A DNA stretch of 64,000 nt from Mizuhopecten yessoensis (taxonomy: Eukaryota): positions 13,782-77,781 of the forward strand of contig NW_018408365.1 of assembly GCF_002113885.1 (NCBI RefSeq), read 5' to 3'. The position numbers were made by a program, and so were the translations under genes. This document shows, piece by piece, positions 38,426 through 51,586 of the stretch; the first letter of the stretch is position 1; every line of letters begins with the position of its first letter. Below the pieces are notes generated by a model, which was not told the origin of the DNA, did no database searches, and worked only from the letters and a program-made list of their open reading frames with translations.

Positions 38426-40599
38426 TTCTTGGAATATTACCATATCCGGACTATAATCAGGGCCGGGCTATTAAAACCAGGGTGTTCCCGAGGCCGATAT
38501 ATTTACACTACATTGTATGTTGTTTCCAGGGCCGGGCTATTGACCCTAGTGTGTTCACAGGGCCGGACAAAATCCAGGGTTCCAGGGACGGGACTTTGTT
38601 TGTGTCATAACATTTGAATATAATAAAACCTATTGAATTGTTGACTATTTATGAACCAACATCAAACACCGCGGCTTGGAACGGGAGTCTAGTTCCCCTC
38701 CCACTGTAAAAGTTTGATCAATTCCGATGTTGGTATGAACACATTTTGCATTGTTTACAAAGTGATATTGGGATGCTGCGCGTGTTAAGCTATGTAGCCG
38801 CGGCCCTGTAGATACCACCCTTATCGCGCACATACGTTTATATATGCAGTCTTGCGTTTTGTACGAACAATAGGTTCCAGGGTACTGGTACTGATGGTAG
38901 AATCGTTGGAACCGTTTGTTGATGTACGTGACTTTAATTGGGAACTGTAAAAACGTGGTGCTGTAATGAATATTTGGAACGTTAGAGGCGACTAGATCGA
39001 TGTGGTTTGCCCGGCGACTGGGGTGCTGAAATGTTGGAAAATTTCACTGAAGTAATGTCGCTTCTCCTCAGATCAGGGCTCTCTGAAAACGTCGCTGTGT
39101 CACTATATGTATAGACGATTAATTATGTACCCCGACATCGGTAACACAGGGAGGACGGTGTTGTAACATAAGGCGCTACCATTACTCTTTTCAAAGGAAT
39201 TTTAAAACGTATATACTTGTACCTGAATTGGCCCTCGCGAGTGCCCGCCAGTGTGACCTTAGCGCCATGCTTTACACATCGTATGCTTGGTAACCATGTA
39301 CAATCCAAGAATTTCAAAGAGGCACATGGCCACTGTGGAATCGTTTCTGACACTTCATCGGAGCTGAGCACCACGCGGCGATGAAAAGGTAAGACACCAA
39401 TGGATTGTGTTCCCACTATTGTCTGTAATTGAGCGTGAAGAACGTTCTCGATTCGATTACCTTTGTTTGTTTCTAAACTGGTTGCATTTTCTACATCAAA
39501 CAGTTATGTTATTTTTACACATGTACACGTCGTTAACAGTAGGCAGTTTCTAGTCTTGCAGAGTGCTTTGCATGTTTAAGAATTTAACGCATATGCCTGC
39601 CAATTTATGAAAGATCGTGCGGGTTTTAGGATCGGCGTTGAGAACAGATTTTACTTTTCTTATTGAGGCATTAGACTACAGAATTCAATTTGTAACGCGA
39701 TCAACATCTTGATATAAAGGCTAATATCCTAAGACAGGCTAACGTAATAATTGGCCGCGTTCACCCTGCAAATCCCCTCTCGACATGTACGATTGAGGCG
39801 TTTGATGAGTATACGAGTAAATTTACACACATCATTGATTAGAGCCACTGCTGATAAGGTAATTAGGCCACATCTAGCCCCCGCCAGACAGCCACATATA
39901 GCCCCTCTAGAAAAGCCACATCCCGCATGTATCAGAAACTACAAACACTATTTCGGGACAATTACTCTCCCGCTATCGCGCCTAGCCGATGACGTGTGAA
40001 ATGGGTAGATGGTAAATTCTCTTATCTTCTTGAATGAAAGTGATGATGGATTCTTTTCCTGTGAGTTTACTTTCAAGCTTCAGCATGGCATACTTGACAA
40101 TTAATGTATGTTTGGGTTGGGAGTTTTTTGATGGTAATTCAGTTAATGGCATTTGTATTTTGAGACCAATGCATACGAACAATGATCATTTTGGCGCTCG
40201 TTACTGGTTCAAATAAAAGGGTGACATTTCGTGATGTCTGCCAGTGTGTTTGACGTCATTGATGTCCATATGTTGATGGTTACCCAATGGTCTAGCTTGG
40301 TCACTCTATCGACAACTTATTATTTGTCACGTTAAACAAAGGTTCGGACAGAATCTTCCGTAACGTGATCATTCTGCTCAATTTTGTATGACCATGCATA
40401 GGTCAACTGCAAGCAGCGTCTAAAAGAAATTGAGACTGAAAAGGCTTTTCTGATGTAACATGTGATCCAAACTACAATGTAGTTGATGGGAAATAGGGCA
40501 ATACACATAGATACTTTTTAGACTTTTGAATACACAAAAAACATTTATTTGTAATGGAACATTATCGAGAGAAATTGAGCCAGACTCTAGTTTGTCGCT

Positions 40600-40760
40600 A
40601 AATCGAGGACAGCCATTTGTCAACATGGAGCGGCCGGTGGTGGCGGCGTCTGTATGCGCGCGCCCCCTATTTGTCCAGACGTGCCGGCAAGCAGGAGATA
40701 GCCTGATGATACACGGGCTCAACATTGACTGTGGGATTTGAACACCTACACGATTCCAAG
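40600..40760 (+). other. Candidate first exon in a CpG-rich island, with a 38-aa ORF (40625-40741) and a strong donor
   Basis: caacATGG Kozak context; caag|gtgagt donor at 40761; high CpG density across 40600-40880. Confidence 0.35.
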
Positions 40761-41239
40761 GTGAGTGAGCCGCACGGCGGCGGTGTCACACGCGGTCATG
40801 AATCACAGGCACTTGCTTGTCCAATTGAAGTGTATGGGGGTCGTCGGTAAGGTCGGGAGGCGCGAATCTACGCTACGCTACTTACTTATCCCACATTGAT
40901 TAAACCGTGCATTTCAGACGACTTACACATAAATAAAGCTAGAAAAACTTTCTTTGTAGAAATTTAAACATTCTCCAGTAGCCAATATACTGAAATAGAC
41001 TTAACATCACAAGGAAATGCTTTGAAGGCACCTAAGGTTAACATATAAAGTAATTACAATATCCTGTCGCTTGTCTGTTTGACAATGATGGCTAAGAACA
41101 GATAATATATTAGACTGATCATGTGTAGATGTGCAGATGTCTATCTAGTGAGCGAACTAAAGCTGACATGCCTTCATCTCTTCTCCCATCGTATTGTTTA
41201 CCATAGGTGTGGTCGCCTATCGTCTCCTCCCCATGTACT

Positions 41240-41700
41240 GCGAATTTCGTCAACCTCCTTAAAATGTCTGCTCTCGTATCCACATCGTGATAGACTCTTG
41301 TATATCCTTTCGTGTTTCTTCCAGTCTTCCCTCTTCGTGATAGCCTCTTGTATCTCCTTTAGTGTTGCCCCAGTCATCCCTCTTCGTAAAAGCCTATCTT
41401 CTTTACTGTTTCCTCCAGTCTTTCCTCTTCGTGATAGCCCATTGTATATCATTTCGTGTTGCCCCCAGTCTTCCCTCTTCTTGAAAGCCTCTTGTATATC
41501 CTTTCGTGTTTCCCCCAGTCTTCCCTCTTCGTAAAAGTCTCGTGTATTTTCATTCGTGTTGCCCCCAGTTTTCCCTCCTCGTAATATACTCTTGTATCTC
41601 CATTCGTGTTGCCCCCAGTCTTCCCTCCTCGTGATAGACTCTCGTTCCCTCCCTTTCGTGTTTCCCCTTGGAATATATTCTGTTGTATCCCTCTTTTACT
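41240..41700. repeat. ~50-bp pyrimidine-rich minisatellite (~8 copies) followed by a degenerate ttgtctcct tract to ~42620
   Basis: cgtgttgcccccagtcttccctcttcgtgatagcctcttgtatctccttt units at ~50-bp spacing. Confidence 0.9.
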
Positions 41701-43929
41701 TACCGTGTATGGTCCTCGTCTCCGATTCTTTCGTATTGTCTCCTTTTGTCACATTTCCTTATATTGTCTCCTCTCTAATGTTACTGATGTTGTATCAAAC
41801 CACTTTTAACCCATATGTTGTCTTCTCGCCTATTGCTCTTGTTGTCTCCCCAATATCCAATCTTACCCCCTCCTTACAGTGTACAACTATGACGTTGCTG
41901 CTTGAACAAGTCCATCGTTATTTTTTATTACCGTCTTCTCCTCTGCTGATGTCGCCTTTCCTCTCATCTCTTTTCCTTATTTTGTTTTTCCTCCCCATGA
42001 GATGTCGCCTTTACTTCTTACCGCACGTGATGACGTCCTTGTCTCCTCCCACATGTCGTTTTTGCGTCTTCTTCCACCTAATGTCGTCTTTGTCTCAAAT
42101 CCCACTTGATGTCGAGTGTGTTTCCTTTCTAACTTGATATCTGGTTTCTCTCATTTCAAACATGGTGTTCGGGCTTTCTCCTTTCCCAATATTTATTGGG
42201 TTTGTCTTATGTCACACGTGATGTTGTTTTCGTCTCCTCCCCCACAATATCGTATTCGTCCCCCTCCATCCCACGATATCGTGCTGGTCTCCCCTCTCGT
42301 GTTTATCTCCTCCTCCACGACTTGATNGATTGTCTACACCCCCACGATATCGAGTTTGTCAACACCCCAAATAAAATCGTGCTTTTCTCTCTTATCTGAT
42401 GTCTTGGTGTTCTTCAACATACAACGTGGTGCTTGTCTCCTCCTTGTCTCCTACTTGTCTCCTACTTGTCTCCTCCTTGTCTCCTACTTGTCTCCTACCC
42501 TACAGTATTCAAAGACGTCTATGACTCCCCAATTTCAGATATCTGACGTCTCCATGATTGTCCCCACATCTACGCAATGTCGTCTCCTCTGTCCGTCATG
42601 TTTGTCTCCATCGCTGATATAATCACTTTTCATTCCTCTGATAAGTCTCACTAGCCTCAATATTTTCGTCTGCTTTTGTCTGTTATCTTTGATTTAATTG
42701 TTTTATTATATTTATTCTTTTTGCTGCGTATTGTAATATTACTGTATTTATGCTTAATTGAATACTGTGTTTGTGACGTCAGATGGTAATTATCAATATG
42801 GCTACTGATAGCATAGGTTCACTGAAGTACTGTGGTTAACAAGTACTACCAAGTTCGCATCCATTGATCGAGAACAAGTTATATTCGTTAGATAACTTGA
42901 GCATCAGGATGGTTTGGTGTTACACAATACACAGATCACTAAATCAGCGTAATATGTAGTGGACACATACTTAACACATATATGTACCATTAAAGGATAT
43001 CTTGTGAACAAAACATTTTATGCTAAATAAAAAAGAAAAGAACAAAGCGGGGCATGTTCAGAAAGATTTTGATTTTGATGCATTTGTGAATTATTTGAGG
43101 AAAATTGATACATGAATGAGTGGTTATCTGGTTATAAATTCAAAAATTCAAAATGTTTTTATTTGCATATTTGTAACTACAAAGTAGTTTGAAGGCAAAA
43201 TAGAAAAAACGCAGTGAAATACATACATAGACATGTACATGTAGAAAAGTCGCAAAGTTATTGCTTATAAGACCGATGCATTTAGTACTAGGGGTAATAC
43301 CAACAGATTGCTTAGTCGTTTCGGTAATGTAACCTCGAACAGATCTGTTTTCTTACATAGCACACGTGTTTATAGATTAATCAGTATGTACATGTACATG
43401 TAATTCCTTACATCTACCTTTTGACAATCAAATATTTTGTAATTAAATACTCCAATTTTAAACAGAAGCGCGACAGACTATGTTGATATACAAATGTACT
43501 ACGTGTATGAACACCTTGTTACAGTTTCTGTGCCATTGATACATTGTTTATGTCAATGCACATATACAACTTATCTTTTATTGTAAGATGTATTTTATAG
43601 TGCCAATCCATTTGCAGTAGATACTTTTGAATTTATATTATTTTATCATATATTAAATTTGACGTCTCTATAATGTGAACTTTTACACTGTTGTTTAGTC
43701 CAAAATTACACAAATTGCCCTTGGGACGAGGACAGAACACAATAACAACAAATAATGTAGAACATGGTTTTGATGTATAGTGCTCTTTAGATGTGTAATA
43801 AACGTTTACATGGAATTTACTTACATGGACATCAAATATATTCCACAAGCAATGCCTAACAAAAAGTATCAATTTCACTGGAACCGTTTTTAAAAACAAA
43901 GACCAAGATGTGGGCTAACTTGCACGTGA

Positions 43930-44397
43930 CTAAGACAATACAGTAGGACGTCAAGTCGCCCAAAGTTACAATAAAGTAGGACGTCAAGTCGCCCAAAGTT
44001 ACAATACAGTAGGACCTCAAGTCGCCCAAAGTTACAATACAGTAGGACGTCAAGTCGCCCAAAGTTACAATAAAGTAGGACGTCAAGTCGCCCAAAGTTA
44101 CAATACAGTAAGACGTCAAGTCGCCCACAGTTACAATACAGTAGGACCTCAAGTCGCCCAAAGTTACAATAAAGTAGGACGTCAAGTCGCCCAAAGTTAC
44201 AATAAAGTAGGACGTCAAGTCGCCCAAAGTTACAATACAGTAAGACGTCAAGTCGCCCACAGTTACAATAAAGTAGGACGTCAAGTCGCCCACAGTTACA
44301 ACACAGTAAGACATCAAGTCGCACTCAGTTACAATACAGTAAGACGTCATGTCGCCCACAGTTACAAAACAGTAAGACGTCAAGTCGCCCACAGTTA
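43930..44397. repeat. 33-bp minisatellite, ~14 copies
   Basis: Unit aagttacaatacagtaggacgtcaagtcgccca. Confidence 0.97.
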
Positions 44398-44919
44398 TGT
44401 ATTTCATTTCACTTTTACCGGACCTTAATTAATTACGCTTATTGTTTAGTTCTGAGGATGTATTTAGGTACAGAAGATAAATTGTAATTTCAGATGTTGA
44501 TAAGTGTGAGTATTGATGCTGCAGGAACCCCAATTATTAGTCATCAGCACATTTCATTTTGAACGAAAATCTAGGAAAATATTGTAGTATAATATATGTA
44601 AGCCATTCAAAAACTACCTTGATACACAAGTCCATGATTTTTGTTTCTGATTCGTATCTTGTATCCTCGAGAAGACTTACAAAAAGGTAACCTACCATTA
44701 TGTTACCTACAAGTACATGTAATCTATCGTTGTGTAGTATACATCCCGTGTCTTATCAGGAATTAGTCTGGACTACATTCTGGCTCACTACACGGTAGTA
44801 AGAGGTGCTAGACGTCTGGATGTCCATGTACCTTTTGCTCGCCCGTGCTTAACATGTTCTCACCTCGTATTGAATGTATTTTAGGCCATGCGATTTATAA
44901 TGAACATGACATTCATTGA

Positions 44920-46300
44920 GATTCTACCAGATAACCAATGTATTGTGCCATCGCTTCGCAATTAAACCAGATAACTGATTCATTGCACCACTCCTTCGCG
45001 GCTTTACCAGATAGCTTCATGTAATTCATTACGCCACATCTTCGCGGTTTTACCAGATAGCTTCATACATTACGCCACATTTTCGCGGTTTTACCAGCTT
45101 AACATTGCATTGCGCCTTTCCATCACAGTTTTGCCAGTTAACCAATGTATTGCGCCTCTTCTTTTACAGTTTTAACAAATGGATAATTCATTGCGCCACT
45201 CTTTCAAGGTTTTACCAGCTAACCAATGTATTGCGCTTCTCATTTGCGTTTTCACCGATACGTTATGCACTATGTCACTCTTTCTCGGTTTAAAACGATA
45301 ACCGATGCAACGTGTCACTTTCTAACAGATAACTGATTCATTGCGTTACTCCTTCACATTTTTAACAAATAACCAATGCAATATGCCACCCATTCACGGG
45401 TGTAACAGATAATAAATTCATCGCACCACTCCTTCGCGATTTCAACAGACAACAAATGCGTTGCACCACTCCTTTGCGGTTTTACCAGATAAGCAATGCA
45501 TTAAGCCACTCATTCCCGTTGGTAGCAGATAACCGATGTGATGAACCACTCATTTGCGTTTTAAACATAACCAATGATTTGCGGGTTTACCAGATAGTCA
45601 ATGCTCTGTTTCGCACCTTTATGGTTTTACTAAAAGCCCAACGCACTGCGCCACTCTATCGTGGTTTTACAAAAAAAAACAGTACATTGCAACACACCTT
45701 CGCATATTTAAAAGACAAGCAATTTGTTACGCAACCCCTTTGCGGTTCTACGGTTCTACCAGATAAGAAACGTAATTGCATCACTCCTTGGCAGTTTTAC
45801 CAGATTTCCAATGCATTGCGACACTGCTTTACATTTTTCTTCAAAATCTTCCTCAAATAAACGATGCAATGCGCGTCGCCTTTGCGTTTTTAACAGATCA
45901 ACAATGCATTGTTTCACTCCTTCGCAGCTTTTACCTAAAAAGGAATACATTGTGCAACTCCTTTGCGGTTTTATCAACTATTCAATGTGTTATGCCACTC
46001 CTTTTTAGTTTTAGTTTTACCAAATAACCAATACATAGCGTCAATCCTTTGCGGTTCCTTCATTATAACCAATGCATAGCGTAAATCCTTTGCTGTTCCT
46101 TCATTATAACCAATGCATTGCGTCAATTCTTTGCAGTTTTAACAAATATTGAATGCATTGTACAACTCCAGCGCGGTTTTACCAAATACATTACTCCAAT
46201 TCTTTGCGGTTTCCTCAGATAACCAACGCATTGCATCGCTCCTTATCGGTTCCTGTTAGATAACACATCCATTTCCTCACTCCTTCACAGTTCTACCAGA
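44920..46300. repeat. Old, highly diverged ~41-bp minisatellite, ~30 copies
   Basis: Consensus-like ttaccagataaccaatgcattgcgccactccttcgcggttt. Confidence 0.9.
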
Positions 46301-49300
46301 GTAATATGGTTAACATAAACTCTGAGTCACTAATAGATACAGGTTTAAAAATACATTTCAATCCTTATATCCACGTTCAAACCAACAAAGAAATTATGAT
46401 CTTATTGTTCTCTGAGGTGACATTTGGTTCAAAATACATTTTAAACAAACTGTTTTACCTAATTGCGGAACAGCCAAGTGCAGGATTTCTATGGTTATCA
46501 GTTTCACCAGGCGATGAACATGAATCGGAAACCATTTGTGAATTTACATCTCAAAAGCAAAACTCAAAACACATGTTTTCGAATTTAAAAAATATTATTT
46601 TTGAATGCAAAACAAATTTCACGAAATGTATCACTCGATTTAGAACACACGTATCAAGGTTTAGTATATAGAACACGAGTTTTACTGAATGAACCACAGA
46701 ATCTAAAACAAATCACAAGAGGTTTGGCACGTCATAATTGGCCGTTGAATACCGTTATATACAGTGTACATGAGTGTGACAGAATACGACAGCGATTTGT
46801 AATTGTATTCAACGAAAAACCATGAGTCTTCTATTTATATTTTTCGATGCATTGTTTTGTCATTGAAGTACGACGCCGTTTTGTTATGTACACGTGTGTC
46901 GCTATTGTAATTAAGCTATACACTACGCACGTGTAGCTGTTCACTGTTCAGGCAGTATAACCAGCGTTACTAAATGATTATCATTTTAAAAGAACAATTC
47001 ATATCACTGCTGAAATACAGATAATTTGTTTATCGGTGAGTGATTGGTGAAATCTGAATCACGTGGCAAATGCTTCAATTGAAGCCATATTTACTCGAGA
47101 AATTGCAATGGAGAGAGTATTGTGATGTCACAATCATACATTTCCTATAAAATGGTTTATTTAGTATTGGTGAATCTTTGATTGTTCTTTGCTAACTTAA
47201 TTCATTCAAAAAACGCTTGTACTGATAATACGGATGACATTCCGTGCGATTTATATTTGTCGCTTTTCAATAAAGTATAACTAAGCGATATCAATATATG
47301 TAAGAGGGTGAAATAATATGTATTAGTTTAGGATCATGTATTTAAATGTGTTATTTGGATATAGTCTTCAGACTGTAATGGAGTATATAAACACATAGAG
47401 TCAACTAAGATACTTTTAATTTTATACATAAAATAATATTAATAAACTCTTCCTTTAAAGAAATAGTAAGTCCATAACTCTTCTCATGTTTTCTCTACGT
47501 ATAGTTTAATATACACAATATCACCAACAAGCCTCAACTTACAACAACAAAATCCACTTGTAGATGCCCAATGCAAAGTTCTTGGCAAACAGTGCAACCA
47601 TTTCTTTTAAAATACACTAATCCTACTTCGAATATATATGTTGACTGGATCAATGTGCAGGCGAAGAATCGCGCGTGGTGAGATGCCGGTGATGCGGGGT
47701 ACTTGTGACTGTCTGTAGTTTGAACGGTCTCCATTGAGAAACGTTTGAGAAATATGGTAATTGCCTGATTGTTATTGAGAGGACCGCCAGGATACTGTAC
47801 TTTCATTTGTCTCTGGTCGTGAATTTAGCACCAAATGGACTGGTTCGAGTTGAGGACATGGATTGAGGGGAAGGGGTTGGTCGTGGAGACAGCGGAGGGT
47901 CAGACGATGTAACAGTCGACAGCGTGACCCCATATCAGTTTGACCTGTTCTTTTCATCCATACGCCTTTATGTTCACTATTGGGTCTTTGGTAGCGAAAT
48001 AACGAAAAAGAGAAATGTTTGTTTGTGATGAAACGATAATTATCGTCACGCAATAAGGCAAAATACTTCTTATCAAATGCTTAATATCTATGTTTTTGTT
48101 TTGAAATTTTGATCCGTTCCCTCTCAATGATAATATCGCCTTTCCCTGGGTCAAAGCTAAACTTTTCTCACTGGGACACGTAACAGACACCAAGACCCTA
48201 CCTGGGGCACTTGACAGACATCAAGGCCTGATACCTGCCCCAGGCCCACCCTTGACCATCCCAGGGCACGCGCGAGACAGATACGATACTCTGAGGGTAC
48301 AAAGAAGTGGCCATGGTGTGGTTCCGTGACCAAACCCATAGAAAAACATGATTACATCAATAGCTCGCATATCCCAAAGTATGTGATCGTTTATTACACG
48401 CAAAGCACGTGCAATCATTAATGAAATGGTATCATTATTTCACGTACATATGCTTTTTTTTATTGTTATTCAGATATGGCAAAGGATATGCGTATGACTA
48501 ATGAGACTACACCTTTACAATATGCAGCCAGATAGAATGGAATTGCCAATACAATTGAAACGTTGTTTTACATATAACTGTCTGTACATACTATACATAT
48601 ATGTTGTTTTTGGTAAAAGACTTACATATAATATACGTACTGTTATAATAACATCAATGAGAAATGAATGGGAAATAAAAGTTAAATAAATGTATATCCT
48701 GCATTGAGTTGCCTGCAGTGTGACTGATCGCGTGCGCCGAGGGGAGTGATTGGTCTCTACCGTAGTCTCATCACATACATTATACATGGTAATGTATGCT
48801 GTAAATCCATATGTAGGCCCAGAGCCACTTGAGAGAAGCAACATTCCGTTTTTGTGTCTGGGTTAGCTATTACACGTGCATGTTATGATGGCACGTTTGC
48901 GGTACTGCGCGTCTTGTCAATACCGTGAATAAGTCTGAAATATTCGTTTATTGTTGGTACTCTCACACTTCGGCGAGTGAGCATTTAATAGTTAGACAAT
49001 ATACGATCCCAAACTAAGTACCAAATAGGAAAAAAGGGAAAACCAAACAAATATCCCACACGCGCAATAAACTGTCCTAGCTATAATATTGTTAGGGGTT
49101 CACACGTTAAGTCTACATTGATGCTATCCGGGAACAGTTGGGGACGGTCGGCTGTGTTTAGCGATATTGACGCACATTAGACTTGATTGTGGATAGAATG
49201 AATTTCTCTGTATAATAAAGATTTATGCTATACCTATGGGTGTAGGATAGATTTTCCTTCCATATCTGTGTGTGTAGAATAGAGATTTGTCATAACTGTA

Positions 49301-49358
49301 CATCTGAAAAGGTGATTTCACCAAAAACCCAGTGCTGCCTTTTTGCTATATCTTTCAG

Positions 49359-49660
49359 ATCGTCCGAATACATGTCGATAACATGCTTGCAATGCTATAG
49401 ATAAATAAACAAATCCCCCTTATATTCGTGAAGCTTCTTTTATCTGTTGATGATGTTAACCATAAACCACGAAGTGTCCCGAGAAGCACATTTAAACTGG
49501 CCAGCCAATGGGACAGAATGTGTTCAAACAAGCTATCGTGCATATGCGAATAAAAATGACACTGTACTTAACAAAATCTTGAAACATCCAAATGACATGT
49601 TTGAGGAAGAAACAAAGATTATGTCTGCACGAGGAGAATGCATTTTGCGTGGTATAGAAG
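49359..49660 (+). CDS. Candidate exon containing an ATG-led 70-codon frame (MMLTINHEVSREAHLNWP...ILRGIE, phase 1)
   Basis: Acceptor ttttgctatatctttcag, ATG at 49450, donor gaag|gtttgt at 49661. No homology recognised. Confidence 0.25.
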
Positions 49661-50397
49661 GTTTGTGACAGAAAGGGGAAATATTTCTCTTTCTTACGAT
49701 GCCAAATAGGTTTTTGTACTCACCAGAAATGTGATTTTTGCATGAGACATTGTGTAGGGGTTTCGTTTTGGGATTTGGAGAACCTGCCATGATGTCACCC
49801 AGTTTATAGCTAGGGCATCCTTTGTTGTAGTGTACTGGGAATGTCACAGTCCGTTGTACTGAACTTTACTTGTGGTAGGGTTTGTTGTCTTCAGTGCATT
49901 GTGTCGGCAGTATCGATACCCACTGGACTTGGTTTTTGGTAAATCTGGGTATTTTCTTGGGAAATATATGGGACCAATATATTCGGGATAAATTTGAAAT
50001 AGAAGCTCCATTCAGTAGCCAGTATTCTGTCGGAATTATAGTGACACAAATAGTGCAAAAGTGGAATATCATGGTCGGAATTGTGGTGTTGTTAAAATGT
50101 AATGTCGGGGTTACAGTAACCTGTACGGCGGAAGTGTCGTGGTAAGGGACAGTGGGAGAGCATAGGACGACAGTATAATAGAGAATGTACATTGTTTTGT
50201 TAAAATTTTAATAGATGTACATTTTTTGTCAGAATTATAATGGAGGTACAATATCTGTAGTCATAGCAATAATGGATGTACAATGTGGTGGTCATAACAA
50301 TAATGAAAGTACAATGTGGTGGTCATAACAATAATGTAAGTACAATGTGGTGGTCATAACAATAATGGACGTACAGTGTGGTGGTCATAACAATAAT

Positions 50398-51586
50398 ATT
50401 TATATTTGCATGGCATTGTCACTATATAGCCTCTTTGAAAGCTATGTCGTTGATGGGACTTTAATTCCCATGCATCACGAGACACAATTCTTAGCGTATT
50501 AATACAACACTGACCGGAACTACAATATCCAATGTAAATAAACATGACGGCTGCTGAAATATCGCTGGGCATTATGAGATTTGACAATGTCATTGTAAAT
50601 TTATGTGCAAAATAAAAAATAAAATAAAAAACACTTGTATTTAAACACTTGTATTTCAACGAAACCAAGACCAAGGTCTGCAATATCGTACAAAATGCAC
50701 ATCGGTTGAAATCACCAATGCCGGCAATGGTAGCAATTTTAACGCTCATGTAATTTATCAGAAATATCGTCTGTTACACTGCACTGATCAACAGGGATTC
50801 GTTACAAATGTCTGAAATACACATATTCTATAGACCTACTGACACATATGTTACAGACCTACTGATATGAGTCACAGCACACATAAACATTTCAGACATT
50901 TGTAACGAACCTGTGCTCCGTCGCAAGATCACTCACTTCAAACGCGATCAGTTTCACGCGTTTCGCATCCACGGTTTCTCAGTTTCTGACGACATGTCAA
51001 ATAACGAGGCTGTTATAGAATCTACCGACTGTTGTAAGATTCCCATACAATCAACAAATAATTTCACGCCTGGATTCTTCACAAAATGAGCAAAGAGAAA
51101 AGTTTGAATTTACTTGCAAATATAACTCCCTCGTGGAGGGCAAGGTCGGATTTACAGTGTTCACTGTATTTGTCCATGCGCGAAATTTGTTCCGGGGAAA
51201 AATCGCAACAATTTCAAAATCCAACCTACAGCTCAGCTTGATAAACTTAAATCACCCTATATACATATCATACGCAATTGTATTGATACTGAATTGTGGA
51301 ATAAAATTGAAGTGTTTGTTAAAATTTCAAATTACTACTTTGTTTGCCAATCAGCACGCGACAATACGCTGTTCAAACTATTGAACGAAATTGTGTGGAC
51401 TGTCGATAAGGCGGGCATTTTTAATTTTAAATATAAATTATAAGTTAAAAAAGAACATAAGAGGCAGAGAAAACGTAAATATAAGTATTGAACTGTTTTT
51501 GTATGGTATTTATGATCTATTTGAATGACACAGCTTTGTAAGCAAACAACATAATGCGCTAACCATACAAAACAGTTCAATGCTTA
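50398..51586. mobile_element. Unclassified 1.19-kb insertion into the 31-bp array
   Basis: It interrupts a unit between cataacaataat and gaacgtacaat. AAT is possibly duplicated. No TIRs or long ORF. Confidence 0.65.
50791..50914. mobile_element. 124-bp MITE-like inverted-repeat element
   Basis: Perfect 21-bp inverted repeat ttcgttacaaatgtctgaaat (50798-50818) / atttcagacatttgtaacgaa (50889-50909), extendable to acagg..cctgt. Confidence 0.6.

Noticed and set aside
39982-40182. Minus-strand small ORF MPLTELPSKNSQ..
   Set aside because: Short, with no recognisable motif or splice context; indistinguishable from chance.
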